DNA from: a virus
Strand: one strand, 5' to 3'
Length of the DNA stretch: 33,248 nucleotides
Virus record (IMG/VR): IMGVR_UViG_3300029240_000028
Location: 1-33,248 of that record
Below the pieces are notes generated by a model. The model was given only the letters and a program-made list of their open reading frames with translations, was not told the DNA's origin and did not search any database. Shown one piece after another: positions 23,199-32,206 of the stretch. Positions within the stretch are counted from its first letter, which is position 1. Each line of letters starts with the position of its first letter. The position numbers and the translations under genes are program-made.

Positions 23199-23704
23199 TA
23201 GCAACTCAAGGAACTGAAGTAACTACAGGACAGACAGTCAAGAAGTATATGATTGGATTGTTCTTACAAATGGGAGAAGGTTACAAGCGAATTAAAAAGT
23301 CTACAACTTTAGATATTTCATTCAATAGTGAAACTGAAACGTATGACTTTATCGCAGATAAGAACCCAACAGAATCATTAAAGAGTTATTCACCTCAGAT
23401 TTCGCAAGATTTAACAATGATTAAAGGCGAAGATGACTTTGAATACATTTACGAACAAATGATGAAATCCGTACCAAACAACGAAGAAGTAAATACAAAA
23501 GCTTTACTTGTATTCATGTTTGACGGAGACAAAACAAAAGGCTATAAAGCGTGGGAAGTTGACGCTAAATTGATTTTCGACACATTGAGTGGCGTCGATT
23601 CAAAAATCAACTTCAACATTAACTTTGCAAGTGATATTCGTGTCGGTACTGCAAAGGTAGCAGATGGAACAGTAACATTTACAGAAGGTACATCAGAAGT
23701 ATAA
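23198..23704 (+). CDS. Major tail protein, proposed ATA start
   Basis: ATA GCA at 23198 overlaps the upstream stop as TAATA and lies 8 nt after AAAGGAG (23183-23189). The track start ATG 23249 has no SD. Confidence 0.75.
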   Translation: MATQGTEVTTGQTVKKYMIGLFLQMGEGYKRIKKSTTLDISFNSETETYDFIADKNPTESLKSYSPQISQDLTMIKGEDDFEYIYEQMMKSVPNNEEVNTKALLVFMFDGDKTKGYKAWEVDAKLIFDTLSGVDSKINFNINFASDIRVGTAKVADGTVTFTEGTSEV

Positions 23705-23722
23705 AGAAAGAAGAGGTAAATC

Positions 23723-24085
23723 ATGAATAGAATCACGTATGAAGGGAAGCAGTATGAAATCCCACCTAAAACAATTGAAGTTTTAAAAGCAGAGGACGCT
23801 TGTAACGCATTTCACGCAACGCATGAAGAAGCATATCGAGCTAAATTCGACTATCTGAAAACAGTATTAACAGATGAACAAATTGAAAGCATGTTAGGCA
23901 GTACAGACTTTGAACAGGTTGATTTGATGGAAGTATTGTATATTGTCAATTTGATTGATGATGAATATTCAAAGAAAACGTATGAACAGTTAGAAAAGAA
24001 ATTAAAAACAACATTCGGAACAAATGGAATGAAGCAATTTCTTGACGCAAGCAAAACTGTTTCTAGCATTTCGGCGAAGAAATGA
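23723..24085 (+). CDS. Tail assembly chaperone candidate
   Basis: 120 aa, acidic, located between the major tail and tape measure genes. Confidence 0.6.
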   Translation: MNRITYEGKQYEIPPKTIEVLKAEDACNAFHATHEEAYRAKFDYLKTVLTDEQIESMLGSTDFEQVDLMEVLYIVNLIDDEYSKKTYEQLEKKLKTTFGTNGMKQFLDASKTVSSISAKK

Positions 24086-24645
24086 TTGATTTACGCATAA
24101 AAGGCTTGCCAAATAGCATTCAGTCGCTAGATGGCGAGCCTATTTTATTAAATACAGATTTTCGCTTGTGGATAAGATTCTATGAAGAATTAGAACGATT
24201 CAACAATCATGTTATTGATAAAGTAGATTGTTCTTATTTATTCGTAAATGAACCACCCATCATAGATAAGCATATATTAAAAGAGTTAGAACGATTCCTA
24301 TATAACCCTTCTAGTACGCCTAGAAGTGATTCTACAGGCGTTAAGACATTAGACTATGTACAAGATGGTGAATATATTTATTCGGCTTTTATGCAACTTT
24401 ACGGCATTGATTTAACGGAATGTGATATGCATTGGCACAAGTTCTTAGCACTAGCCAATAATATAGTTGGTGATTCAACTTTATGGGGATATGCAAAGAG
24501 CGTTAGAGGATATGAAAAACCTTCAAAAAATGATACACAAGATAAAGCATATCAAAGAGCAAAAGAAGCGTGGTCTTTCCCAATCGAGTTAACAATAGAG
24601 GAACAAGAAATGAAAGATGAATTTGATTCATATTTTGATGTTTAG
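24082..24645 (+). CDS. Phage Gp15-family protein (second chaperone-position gene)
   Basis: ILLNTDFRLWIRFYE... resembles the Gp15 family, recalled from memory. ATGA overlap with the upstream gene. Confidence 0.6.
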   Translation: MIDLRIKGLPNSIQSLDGEPILLNTDFRLWIRFYEELERFNNHVIDKVDCSYLFVNEPPIIDKHILKELERFLYNPSSTPRSDSTGVKTLDYVQDGEYIYSAFMQLYGIDLTECDMHWHKFLALANNIVGDSTLWGYAKSVRGYEKPSKNDTQDKAYQRAKEAWSFPIELTIEEQEMKDEFDSYFDV

Positions 24646-24665
24646 AAAAGGAGGTGGCAAATTGA

Positions 24666-27245
24666 ATATCAGACGGAACATTAAAGTTTGATACAAAGAT
24701 AGACACAAGTGGTCTAGAGAATGGTATTAAATCTGTAAAGGTTGTATCAAGTGAAGCCACAAATGCTATCAAAGATACTTCAAAAGCGATTGATAAGCTA
24801 GGTTCTGATGGTTCAAAAGCACCGCCAAAAATTAAAGATAAACTTAAAGATTTAAATGATGAGCAAAAGAATACACAAACAGAAACGCAAGAAACAGGTT
24901 CAAAGTTTGATGTATTTAAACAAGTAGGAAGCAGTGCCTTAGAGTCAATTCAAGGTGGATTTGACGGACTATTAGGAAAGATTCAGAATATTAGTCCGGA
25001 AGCTACTGCAATCACTGAAACTTTAACAGGTTTAGGCGTTGGAGGTGTCGTTGGTGTCACTGCCGTAGCAGGAGCTATCGGTGGTATGGCACTAGCTATT
25101 AAAACAGGTGTTAATCAAGCTATGGAACTAGATGACGCTATGGCTAAATTCCAAGCTCAAACAGGTGCTTCAAGCAATGAAATGAATAAATTTAAAAACA
25201 TTGCTCGTGATGTTTGGTCAAACAATTTCGGCGAAAATGTTTCAGACGTAGCCGATATGATGGCACGTGTCAAACAACAAATGCAAGGTATAAGTGATGT
25301 CGATTTAAAGAATGTAACTGAGGATTTATTGACATTAAGAGACACATTCGGAATGGACGAGAACGAAACATTAAGAGGTGCTCAACAATTAATGAAGCAG
25401 TTCGGAATTACTTCTCAAGAAGCTTTTGACCTTATGGCTACAGGTGCTCAGAATGGTTTGAATAAGTCGGATGAATTAGGCGATAACATTTCGGAATACT
25501 CCGGTAAATTTGCTCAAGCAGGATATTCGGCAAAAGAATATTTCCAATTAATGCAAAATGGTTTAGATGGTGGAGCTTATAACCTTGATAAAGTTAACGA
25601 CGCAATCAATGAAGTTACCACAAGGTTAGTTGATGGAACTATCGAAGGAGCTTTAGATAGTTTTGATATCAAGACGCAAGATGTATTTAAGGCTTGGCAA
25701 GAAGGAAGAGCAACTCAGAAAGATGTTGTAAATGCGATTGTAGAAGATATTTCAAAGACTACAAATGAGCAAGAAAAGTTGAATAAATCGGCAACGGCTT
25801 TCGGTACAATGGGAGAAGATTTCAACGCCGGATTTATTGAATCCTTAACTACGGTAGGAAATAAATATAAAGATGTAGAAGGAGCAATGGATAAAGTCAA
25901 AGATATTGCAAATGGTGGCTTAAAGAACGCTTTAAGTGGCTTAGGACGTACATTTCTTGATTCATTTACTCCAATAGGCGAACTTATTACCCCTATTCTT
26001 GCAGGTATCATCGGATTAATTACAGTAGCTATACAAGGTATTCAACAAGGATTTGCTAAAGTTGGTGAAGTTATTTCAAGTGTATTAAGTAAGATTGATA
26101 CAAGTGGAATTACAGAATTAACAAGTCAAGTTTCCGAAGTGTTAGCTCCTGCGTTTGATGAGGTAAAAAAAGCGATTGACGAAATGAAAGTTGCACTTGA
26201 GCCTATTGCAAAAGAAATTTTAGGTAAAATTGGTAACGCAATTCAAAATGTTGTTAACCAAGCTCAAAAGATTCTTAGCGTTGTAGGACCACCGATTCTA
26301 GCAATTATTAAGAAGATTATTCAAACAGTTATCGGCATGATTCCTGTAATAACATCTATCCTTCAAATTGTGGGAAGTGTGGTAAGTGGAATCATTTCAT
26401 TTATAACTATGGTTGTGACGTATGTAGGAACTGCGATTGCAACTATACTTGGATTTATCATGCCTATTGTTCAAATCGTAGCTACAATTGTAGCGAATAT
26501 TTGGTCTGTAATATTAACGGTTGCTCAGAATATTTGGAGTAAGGTTAGTGAAATAGTTACTGCAATTATTGGATTCGTAAGCAATTTGTTTAAAACAGTT
26601 TCGGACATCATAAACAATATTTGGAGCAAGATTCAAGATACAATGAACAGAGTAGGAGATAAAGTTAAAGGCGTTATTGATAATATCAATAAATATTTCA
26701 ATAATGTTAAGAGTACTGTTTCTGATGTATTTAATGGCATTTGGTCTAAAGTTCAAGATGTCATGGACAATGTAGGAAATAAAATTTCAAATGTTCTACA
26801 AGGAATACAGAATGCATGGAGCGGTTTAAAAGGGTTTGTAGGTGGTGTATTCAGTGGAATTGAAGGAGCAGTTAGTTCATTAGTTGGAAGTGTAAAAGGA
26901 ATGGTAAATGGAGTTATCGGTGGCATTAACGGCGCAATCGGTATCATCAATAAGATTCCCGGAGTTCACATTGGAAAGATTCCAAGACTAGAGCGTGGTG
27001 GTGTATTGAAGCGTGGTCAGATTGGTTTGTTGGAAGGTAACGGAGCAGAAGCAGTCGTACCATTAGAAAAAAATAAAGCGTGGATTCGTGCCGTTGCTAA
27101 AGATATGGCTCAAATCATGCCTAGCGTAACAACAAATAACAATGGACAGACTATCAACTTCTACAATAAAGTTCAAAGTCCGGATGAAATCGCTAGAATG
27201 TTACGTATGCAAGCAAGATATGGATATGGAGGTGTAGTTCAATAG
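24666..27245 (+). CDS. Tape measure protein, proposed ATA start (859 aa)
   Basis: An in-frame TGA at 24663 is immediately followed by ATA 24666, 8-11 nt after AAAGGAGGTGG. SDGTLKFDTKIDTSGLENG is a typical tape-measure N-terminus. There are 140 open codons with no ATG/GTG/TTG before the track start at 25086. Confidence 0.9.
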   Translation: MSDGTLKFDTKIDTSGLENGIKSVKVVSSEATNAIKDTSKAIDKLGSDGSKAPPKIKDKLKDLNDEQKNTQTETQETGSKFDVFKQVGSSALESIQGGFDGLLGKIQNISPEATAITETLTGLGVGGVVGVTAVAGAIGGMALAIKTGVNQAMELDDAMAKFQAQTGASSNEMNKFKNIARDVWSNNFGENVSDVADMMARVKQQMQGISDVDLKNVTEDLLTLRDTFGMDENETLRGAQQLMKQFGITSQEAFDLMATGAQNGLNKSDELGDNISEYSGKFAQAGYSAKEYFQLMQNGLDGGAYNLDKVNDAINEVTTRLVDGTIEGALDSFDIKTQDVFKAWQEGRATQKDVVNAIVEDISKTTNEQEKLNKSATAFGTMGEDFNAGFIESLTTVGNKYKDVEGAMDKVKDIANGGLKNALSGLGRTFLDSFTPIGELITPILAGIIGLITVAIQGIQQGFAKVGEVISSVLSKIDTSGITELTSQVSEVLAPAFDEVKKAIDEMKVALEPIAKEILGKIGNAIQNVVNQAQKILSVVGPPILAIIKKIIQTVIGMIPVITSILQIVGSVVSGIISFITMVVTYVGTAIATILGFIMPIVQIVATIVANIWSVILTVAQNIWSKVSEIVTAIIGFVSNLFKTVSDIINNIWSKIQDTMNRVGDKVKGVIDNINKYFNNVKSTVSDVFNGIWSKVQDVMDNVGNKISNVLQGIQNAWSGLKGFVGGVFSGIEGAVSSLVGSVKGMVNGVIGGINGAIGIINKIPGVHIGKIPRLERGGVLKRGQIGLLEGNGAEAVVPLEKNKAWIRAVAKDMAQIMPSVTTNNNGQTINFYNKVQSPDEIARMLRMQARYGYGGVVQ

Positions 27246-28111
27246 ATATCAATAAGGTAAGAGTTATCGTCCGTAGGGATGATGGCAAAGAATTTGAAAT
27301 CGACAACAAAAGATGGAGAATACCATCTAGTGATGGTTTAGATGGATTTGATTATGTAGCACCTTCATATACAACACAAGACAATGCATTCGGAAACGGT
27401 GCTAGATTAATCGGTTCACGTATTCCAACAAAAGAAAGAAGTGTGAAAGCTACCTTTAAAGGCTCGCTAGAAGAAAAAAGAGAAGAAAGGGAGAAGCTAC
27501 GGCGCTTCTTCCAATATTCTCATGTATTTGATGTGATAGTTGAGTATATGGGAGAAAAGAAATATTGCAGAGGAAGACTATATGCGTATAGCTTGCCTAC
27601 CGTTAATATCTACAAAGATTTAGAGCTTAACTTTACGATTCTATGCACGCAACCTTTATTGCTTTCATTTGATGATTTCGCAAGGAATATCGCAGAAATT
27701 GGTGAAGGTTTAGCGTTCAATTTTGAAATACCGGAAACAGGCGTAAACTTTGGAACGTTTACATTCGCTAGAGAAATCTATATTGATAATCAAGGCGATA
27801 CAGAAACATACTGTAGAGCCGTTATTGAAGCGTTTGGAGAGGTTACAAATCCGAAACTATTCAACAAAGATAAATATATTCGTGTATTAGATACGCTACA
27901 CAATGGTGATGTGTTAGAAATTGATTTAGTTTCTGAGCCTATTTCGATTAAAAAAAATGGTGTGAATTGTATAGGCAAAGTAGACAGAACCTCATCATTC
28001 AATGATATGACGATTCAGTTAGGCGAGAATATCATAGGATACACGGCAGACAATGGAGATACGAACCTAGCTTGTACGGTTTATTACAATGAAAGGTATT
28101 TAGGTTTATAG
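27242..28111 (+). CDS. Distal tail protein (Dit), proposed ATA start
   Basis: ATA 27242 overlaps the tape-measure stop as ATAG and lies 9 nt after GGAGG (27228-27232). There are 67 open codons without a canonical start before GTG 27443. Confidence 0.8.
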   Translation: MDINKVRVIVRRDDGKEFEIDNKRWRIPSSDGLDGFDYVAPSYTTQDNAFGNGARLIGSRIPTKERSVKATFKGSLEEKREEREKLRRFFQYSHVFDVIVEYMGEKKYCRGRLYAYSLPTVNIYKDLELNFTILCTQPLLLSFDDFARNIAEIGEGLAFNFEIPETGVNFGTFTFAREIYIDNQGDTETYCRAVIEAFGEVTNPKLFNKDKYIRVLDTLHNGDVLEIDLVSEPISIKKNGVNCIGKVDRTSSFNDMTIQLGENIIGYTADNGDTNLACTVYYNERYLGL

Positions 28112-28112
28112 T

Positions 28113-29126
28113 ATGTCTTACTTTGGATTAGATAAAGATTTCAATATCGTTACACATCTAGCACCTTATAACGTGCAGTGGAATAGGCGATATTATGAAA
28201 CAGGAGATTTCGAGATTTATATTGATATAGGGCAGTATTCAAGCGATATTAAATATATTTATTCTACTGAGGATAAAGAGTTAGGAATCGTTGAAATACC
28301 ACATTATTCAGTTTCAAACAACACAAAACAAATGTTGTTAAAAGGTTCATTTTTTGAAAAGATTCTAGCAGATGATTGTATTTATCCTACATTCTCTAGT
28401 AGCGGAAAAATTGTTGATGTGGTCAAAAAGCTATTAGACAAGTATTGCTCATGGGAAATGGGATATAGATATGATGAATCCATTACCGATAGAGTAGATT
28501 TTCAAGAAACAGGAGCAAACCTTGATACAAAGCTTTATGAGTTATTGTATCCGTTAGAATTGTCTTTCCGCATAGAATATGACTATGTATCAAGTACGTT
28601 CACATTCGTGTTGTATCGAGGGCGTGATTTAACCCAAAACAATACAGACGGAAACAACTTCGTTACATTTTCAACAGAGTTTGGAAACATTGAAGAACCG
28701 GACGTTATGATTGACTCAAGTAAATACAAGAACTATGCAATCATTTGTGGCGAAGGACAATCAGAAGAGCGTATATACGTTGAATATGACGCTAGAATAG
28801 ATAAGAATGAAAGAATCAAAAAGTTATTCGTAGACGCACGTTCTGAGCGTATGGGGGATGATGTGACACTTGATGAATATAAAAAGGTACTTATTCAGAA
28901 AGGAATTGAAAAACTAGCAGATTGTCAAATTCAAGAAAATGTGAATTTCGGATTGAATACTGATTCATACGAATACAAAGTTGATTTTGATTTAGGTGAT
29001 AAAGTTGATGTTATAGTAGCAGATATTGGACTAGTAATGACTGCGAGAATTAGAAATATATTTGAAGTCATTAAAAGTGGATATAGAACCTTAGAATTAG
29101 AGGTTGATAATTTAAAAATCATGTAA
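28113..29126 (+). CDS. Siphovirus Gp37-like tail/baseplate protein
   Basis: N-terminus FGLDKDFNIVTHLAPYNVQWNRRYYETGDFEIYI resembles the ReqiPepy6 Gp37-like family, recalled from memory. Confidence 0.6.
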   Translation: MSYFGLDKDFNIVTHLAPYNVQWNRRYYETGDFEIYIDIGQYSSDIKYIYSTEDKELGIVEIPHYSVSNNTKQMLLKGSFFEKILADDCIYPTFSSSGKIVDVVKKLLDKYCSWEMGYRYDESITDRVDFQETGANLDTKLYELLYPLELSFRIEYDYVSSTFTFVLYRGRDLTQNNTDGNNFVTFSTEFGNIEEPDVMIDSSKYKNYAIICGEGQSEERIYVEYDARIDKNERIKKLFVDARSERMGDDVTLDEYKKVLIQKGIEKLADCQIQENVNFGLNTDSYEYKVDFDLGDKVDVIVADIGLVMTARIRNIFEVIKSGYRTLELEVDNLKIM

Positions 29127-29138
29127 GGAGTGAATTTA

Positions 29139-29639
29139 ATAGAAAAGAAAAATGGAGGATTTAAACAAATAACAAGAAGTATGTATTTTCTAGACAAGAT
29201 GAATGCAATTGGTGGTGTAGCCGTTGCCGTATTAACATACGTATTAGGTGAGCATTGGTATTTATTTGCGTTCTTCTTATTTATGAACGTCGTGGATTAT
29301 ATTACAGGGTGCATGAAGTCGGCGATTAATCACAAAATCAATAGCAATAAAGGATGGATTGGAGTCCTTAAAAAGCTAGGCTATTGGATTATGATTGTAG
29401 TTGCGTTCACGTTCAGTGCATTCTTGGTAGAGATTGGAAAAATGCTAGGAATTGATTTCCATGTAACTACATTATTAGGTTGGTTTGTATTGGCTTCTTT
29501 ATGTATTAATGAAGTGCGTAGCATTATTGAGAACCTTGTACAATGTGGATATAGTGTGCCTAGTGTATTAACTAAAGGTTTGGAAGTAGCGGATAAAATC
29601 GTTAACGAAGACAATGACGAATCAAGTACCTTGGAATAA
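29139..29639 (+). CDS. Holin (toxin-secretion/phage-lysis holin family), probable ATA start
   Basis: Multi-TM protein with NVVDYITG and LCINEVRSIIEN motifs. ATA 29139 lies 8 nt after AAGGAG. The track start GTG 29130 lies inside that SD, and the internal ATG has no good SD. Confidence 0.75.
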   Translation: MEKKNGGFKQITRSMYFLDKMNAIGGVAVAVLTYVLGEHWYLFAFFLFMNVVDYITGCMKSAINHKINSNKGWIGVLKKLGYWIMIVVAFTFSAFLVEIGKMLGIDFHVTTLLGWFVLASLCINEVRSIIENLVQCGYSVPSVLTKGLEVADKIVNEDNDESSTLE

Positions 29640-29880
29640 GATTATTTTAGAAGAGTTTATTAATCTAGCTTTATTAACTAAAGATGAAGAAATGATTCTA
29701 AGAACAAGAATATACGGATGGACAGTTAGAGAACAAGCCGACAGATTGAATATGAGTGTTTCTAGTGTAAATAGAATCATCAAAAGAATAAAGAACAAGT
29801 ATGATGAAGTAGAGAAGTATAGCGCAGTCCTACCACCAAGAAAAAGCAGTGAAAAAGAAATGTATCTAGATAAAAATTAA
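29614..29880 (+). CDS. Small sigma-70 region-4-like HTH regulator
   Basis: LTKDEEMILRTRIYGWTVREQADRLNMSVSSVNRIIKRIKNK. Confidence 0.6.
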   Translation: MTNQVPWNKIILEEFINLALLTKDEEMILRTRIYGWTVREQADRLNMSVSSVNRIIKRIKNKYDEVEKYSAVLPPRKSSEKEMYLDKN

Positions 29881-29904
29881 GAGGTTGAAAAGCCTCTTTT
29901 TTTT
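29879..29904 (+). terminator. Intrinsic terminator
   Basis: AAGAGGTT GAAA AGCCTCTT (GAAA tetraloop) followed by a T-run. Confidence 0.75.
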
Positions 29905-29982
29905 GACATTTATCTGATATTAATGTGAAAACAAACTGAGACTGCCTATGAATATAATTAGGAGTGTAAAGAGGTGAGCAAA

Positions 29983-30408
29983 ATGTATAATCCAATCAAT
30001 GACAGAATTAACAATTTAATGAATCAAAAGCAGATGATTGAATCGCAGTTACAAAACATTCAACAGTTAGCAAATATTCCACCTATTAATATTAACAACC
30101 AAATCACGCCTAACATGGCATTGAATGATTTCAATGGAAAATGGGTTAATAACGAACAAGAAGCAAGGAATATGATGGTGAATGGTTTGCCTAGTATTAT
30201 GCTAGATAGAAATGATTCAGTATTCTATATGAAGTCTTTAGATGGCAGTTTCAAGAAATACAGATTCCAAGAAGAAACAGAGCCAAAGAAAGACAACATA
30301 GAACAACGCTTAGACAAGCTAGAAGCTATGATATTAGGTCTAACAAACGGAAGTAATATAAATACAAAGGCAGAGAAAGAAACGCCTAGAAAGGAGCTTA
30401 AAGCGTGA
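29983..30408 (+). CDS. Hypothetical protein with Q/N-rich N-terminus
   Basis: ATG 29983 follows AGAGGTGAG. 141 aa. Confidence 0.65.
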   Translation: MYNPINDRINNLMNQKQMIESQLQNIQQLANIPPININNQITPNMALNDFNGKWVNNEQEARNMMVNGLPSIMLDRNDSVFYMKSLDGSFKKYRFQEETEPKKDNIEQRLDKLEAMILGLTNGSNINTKAEKETPRKELKA

Positions 30409-30614
30409 ATCCTTTAATGAATATGATGAACCCTCAACAAATGTTGTTGGGTATGTTACAACAAAGAAATCCACAAGCATTTAATCAAGTTCAACAATTA
30501 ATGCAAAGTGGGCAGAATCCCCAAGTATTGCTAAGTAATATGATGGGGAATTTAACGCCACAACAAAAACAACAATTTGAATCAGTGGCTAGTCAATATG
30601 GGCTAAAACGCTAA
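30405..30614 (+). CDS. Met/Gln/Asn-rich low-complexity small protein
   Basis: GTG start 8 nt after AAGGAG. MNPLMNMMNPQQMLLGMLQQRNPQAF... Confidence 0.6.
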   Translation: MNPLMNMMNPQQMLLGMLQQRNPQAFNQVQQLMQSGQNPQVLLSNMMGNLTPQQKQQFESVASQYGLKR

Positions 30615-30638
30615 TTGCGTTGAAAGGAGGAAATATAA

Positions 30639-31250
30639 ATGGAAAGCATGAATGGTATTCAACCAATGTACGATTTAGCAGACAGAAACAACAATGAATT
30701 TGGTGGAGGATATTGGATTTGGATTATCCTTTTATTCTTACTTTTTGGTGGAAATTGGGGTAACAATGGCAACTTGCAGAATGATGAATTAATGAATCAA
30801 GAATTTATTAAGCGTGATTTGTTCAACACAAATCAAAATGTATCTAGCCAAGGCTATCAAAATTCAAGAGACATTCTAGAAAGCCGATACACGACACAAT
30901 TAGGTTTGCAGAATCTAGGTCAACAGAACCAAGAATGTTGTTGTGCAACGCAAAGAGCGATTGATGGAGTAAACGCACAAAGTTTCAAGAACACGTGTGA
31001 TATTACCACTGCAATTCACTCAGAAGGCGAAGCAACAAGAGCATTAATCAATGCGAACACAATGCAAGAATTGCGTGATAAATTAGCAGACAGAGACAGA
31101 GATTTATTAACTGCAAACTTCCAATTAAGTCAACAGGCACAATCTGCTAATATCATTAACACATTGCAACCAACGCCAAAACCTGCATATCTTACTTGCT
31201 CACCTTATTATGCGTATAATATGACAGGTTGTGGATGTAACCAAATCTAG
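30639..31250 (+). CDS. Single-pass membrane protein with Cys clusters
   Basis: TM segment YWIWIILLFLLFGG, a CCC motif and a C-terminal GCGCNQI. Strong SD. Confidence 0.7.
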   Translation: MESMNGIQPMYDLADRNNNEFGGGYWIWIILLFLLFGGNWGNNGNLQNDELMNQEFIKRDLFNTNQNVSSQGYQNSRDILESRYTTQLGLQNLGQQNQECCCATQRAIDGVNAQSFKNTCDITTAIHSEGEATRALINANTMQELRDKLADRDRDLLTANFQLSQQAQSANIINTLQPTPKPAYLTCSPYYAYNMTGCGCNQI

Positions 31251-31285
31251 CTCGAAAGAGATTAGGCAATAGCCTTTGGATTATA

Positions 31286-31316
31286 GGGTAGTCGAAAGGC
31301 TACCCGTTTATTTTAT
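31286..31316 (+). terminator. Intrinsic terminator
   Basis: GGGTAGTC GAAA GGCTACCC (one G-U pair) followed by GTTTATTTT. Confidence 0.7.
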
Positions 31317-31334
31317 ATAGGAGGAAAAGAAAAA

Positions 31335-31754
31335 ATGATTAATAGTATAGCAACGGCAATTCAGACAGTAGCAAATGGACAAAATGTATTATTTCCAACA
31401 GATAGAGTAAGAACGAAATCTTGCCAATGTGCTTGTAAAGGTTGGCTTGCTCATGATGTAGGAAGTGGATTATTTACGTTAACAAAACAAGGAATCTATG
31501 AGGTAGAATATACGGCAGATATTACAAGCGCAACAGTAGGAGTAGCTTCTTTAGAATTAGAACAGAATGGAGAAGCAGTAGGAGGAACAGAATCTTTATA
31601 TAATGTAGCTACTGCAAGTGCATACGGAAATGTAAGTGGAGCAACATTGATTCAAGTACCTTGTGGAGCTTCTTATACAATCACGCTAGGAAACAACAGT
31701 GGCTTAGATTTATCTGTTCAGAATGCAAATATCATCATTAAGAAATTAGCGTAG
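31335..31754 (+). CDS. BclA-C-terminal-domain-like (TNF/C1q-type jelly roll) protein without collagen repeats
   Basis: NVLFPTD...GLFTLTKQGIYEVEYTADI...LELEQNGEAVGGT...ASYTITLGNNSG...NANIIIKKL resembles BclA C-terminal domains, recalled from memory. Confidence 0.55.
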   Translation: MINSIATAIQTVANGQNVLFPTDRVRTKSCQCACKGWLAHDVGSGLFTLTKQGIYEVEYTADITSATVGVASLELEQNGEAVGGTESLYNVATASAYGNVSGATLIQVPCGASYTITLGNNSGLDLSVQNANIIIKKLA

Positions 31755-31761
31755 GTGTATC

Positions 31762-32199
31762 ATGCAAGAGGTTAGAAAAAGGAATCTAGACCTCTTAACG
31801 GAAGCAATGAGAGGACTAGAAAAAGGATACAATGATTTAGATTTTAAAGTCATGAGCCAAGCTTTAGACAATATCAAAGATATTGATACAATACTAGCTA
31901 TGAGTGATGGAAGAACTGCTATAAACGCATTAAGAACAAATGATACAAATATTGAAGGAACAGAAATTGACGACAATATCGCATTGATGAATAGCCATTT
32001 CAGAAAATATATAGAAGCAAAAAAAGAATATCGAAAAGATAACAATGAAATAGATAAGCGAAATTCTATTCGTGAGTTAGAAGCTTTTTTGAATGCTATG
32101 TATGGAATCTTGGAGGAAATGAAAACATCTAGCGACTTTCAAGAAGAAAGAGAAATGGTAAGAGATAAATTAAGAGAAATGTTCTCTGTATATCAGTGA
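31762..32199 (+). CDS. Hypothetical helical protein
   Basis: 145-aa ORF with TAGGTG SD. Confidence 0.65.
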   Translation: MQEVRKRNLDLLTEAMRGLEKGYNDLDFKVMSQALDNIKDIDTILAMSDGRTAINALRTNDTNIEGTEIDDNIALMNSHFRKYIEAKKEYRKDNNEIDKRNSIRELEAFLNAMYGILEEMKTSSDFQEEREMVRDKLREMFSVYQ

Positions 32200-32206
32200 T
32201 AAAAAA

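Noticed and set aside
23723-24645. Programmed -1 frameshift between the two chaperone-position genes
   Set aside because: The two ORFs are complete and joined by an ATGA overlap. I found no slippery heptamer with an extended overlapping frame.
25157-26950. Several minus-strand ORFs inside the tape measure gene
   Set aside because: They are antisense to a continuous 859-aa ORF and have hydrophobic or low-complexity artefact composition.
31746-32045. 99-aa hydrophobic minus-strand ORF in the accessory island
   Set aside because: It is antisense to the better-supported 31762-32199 ORF and has no SD.
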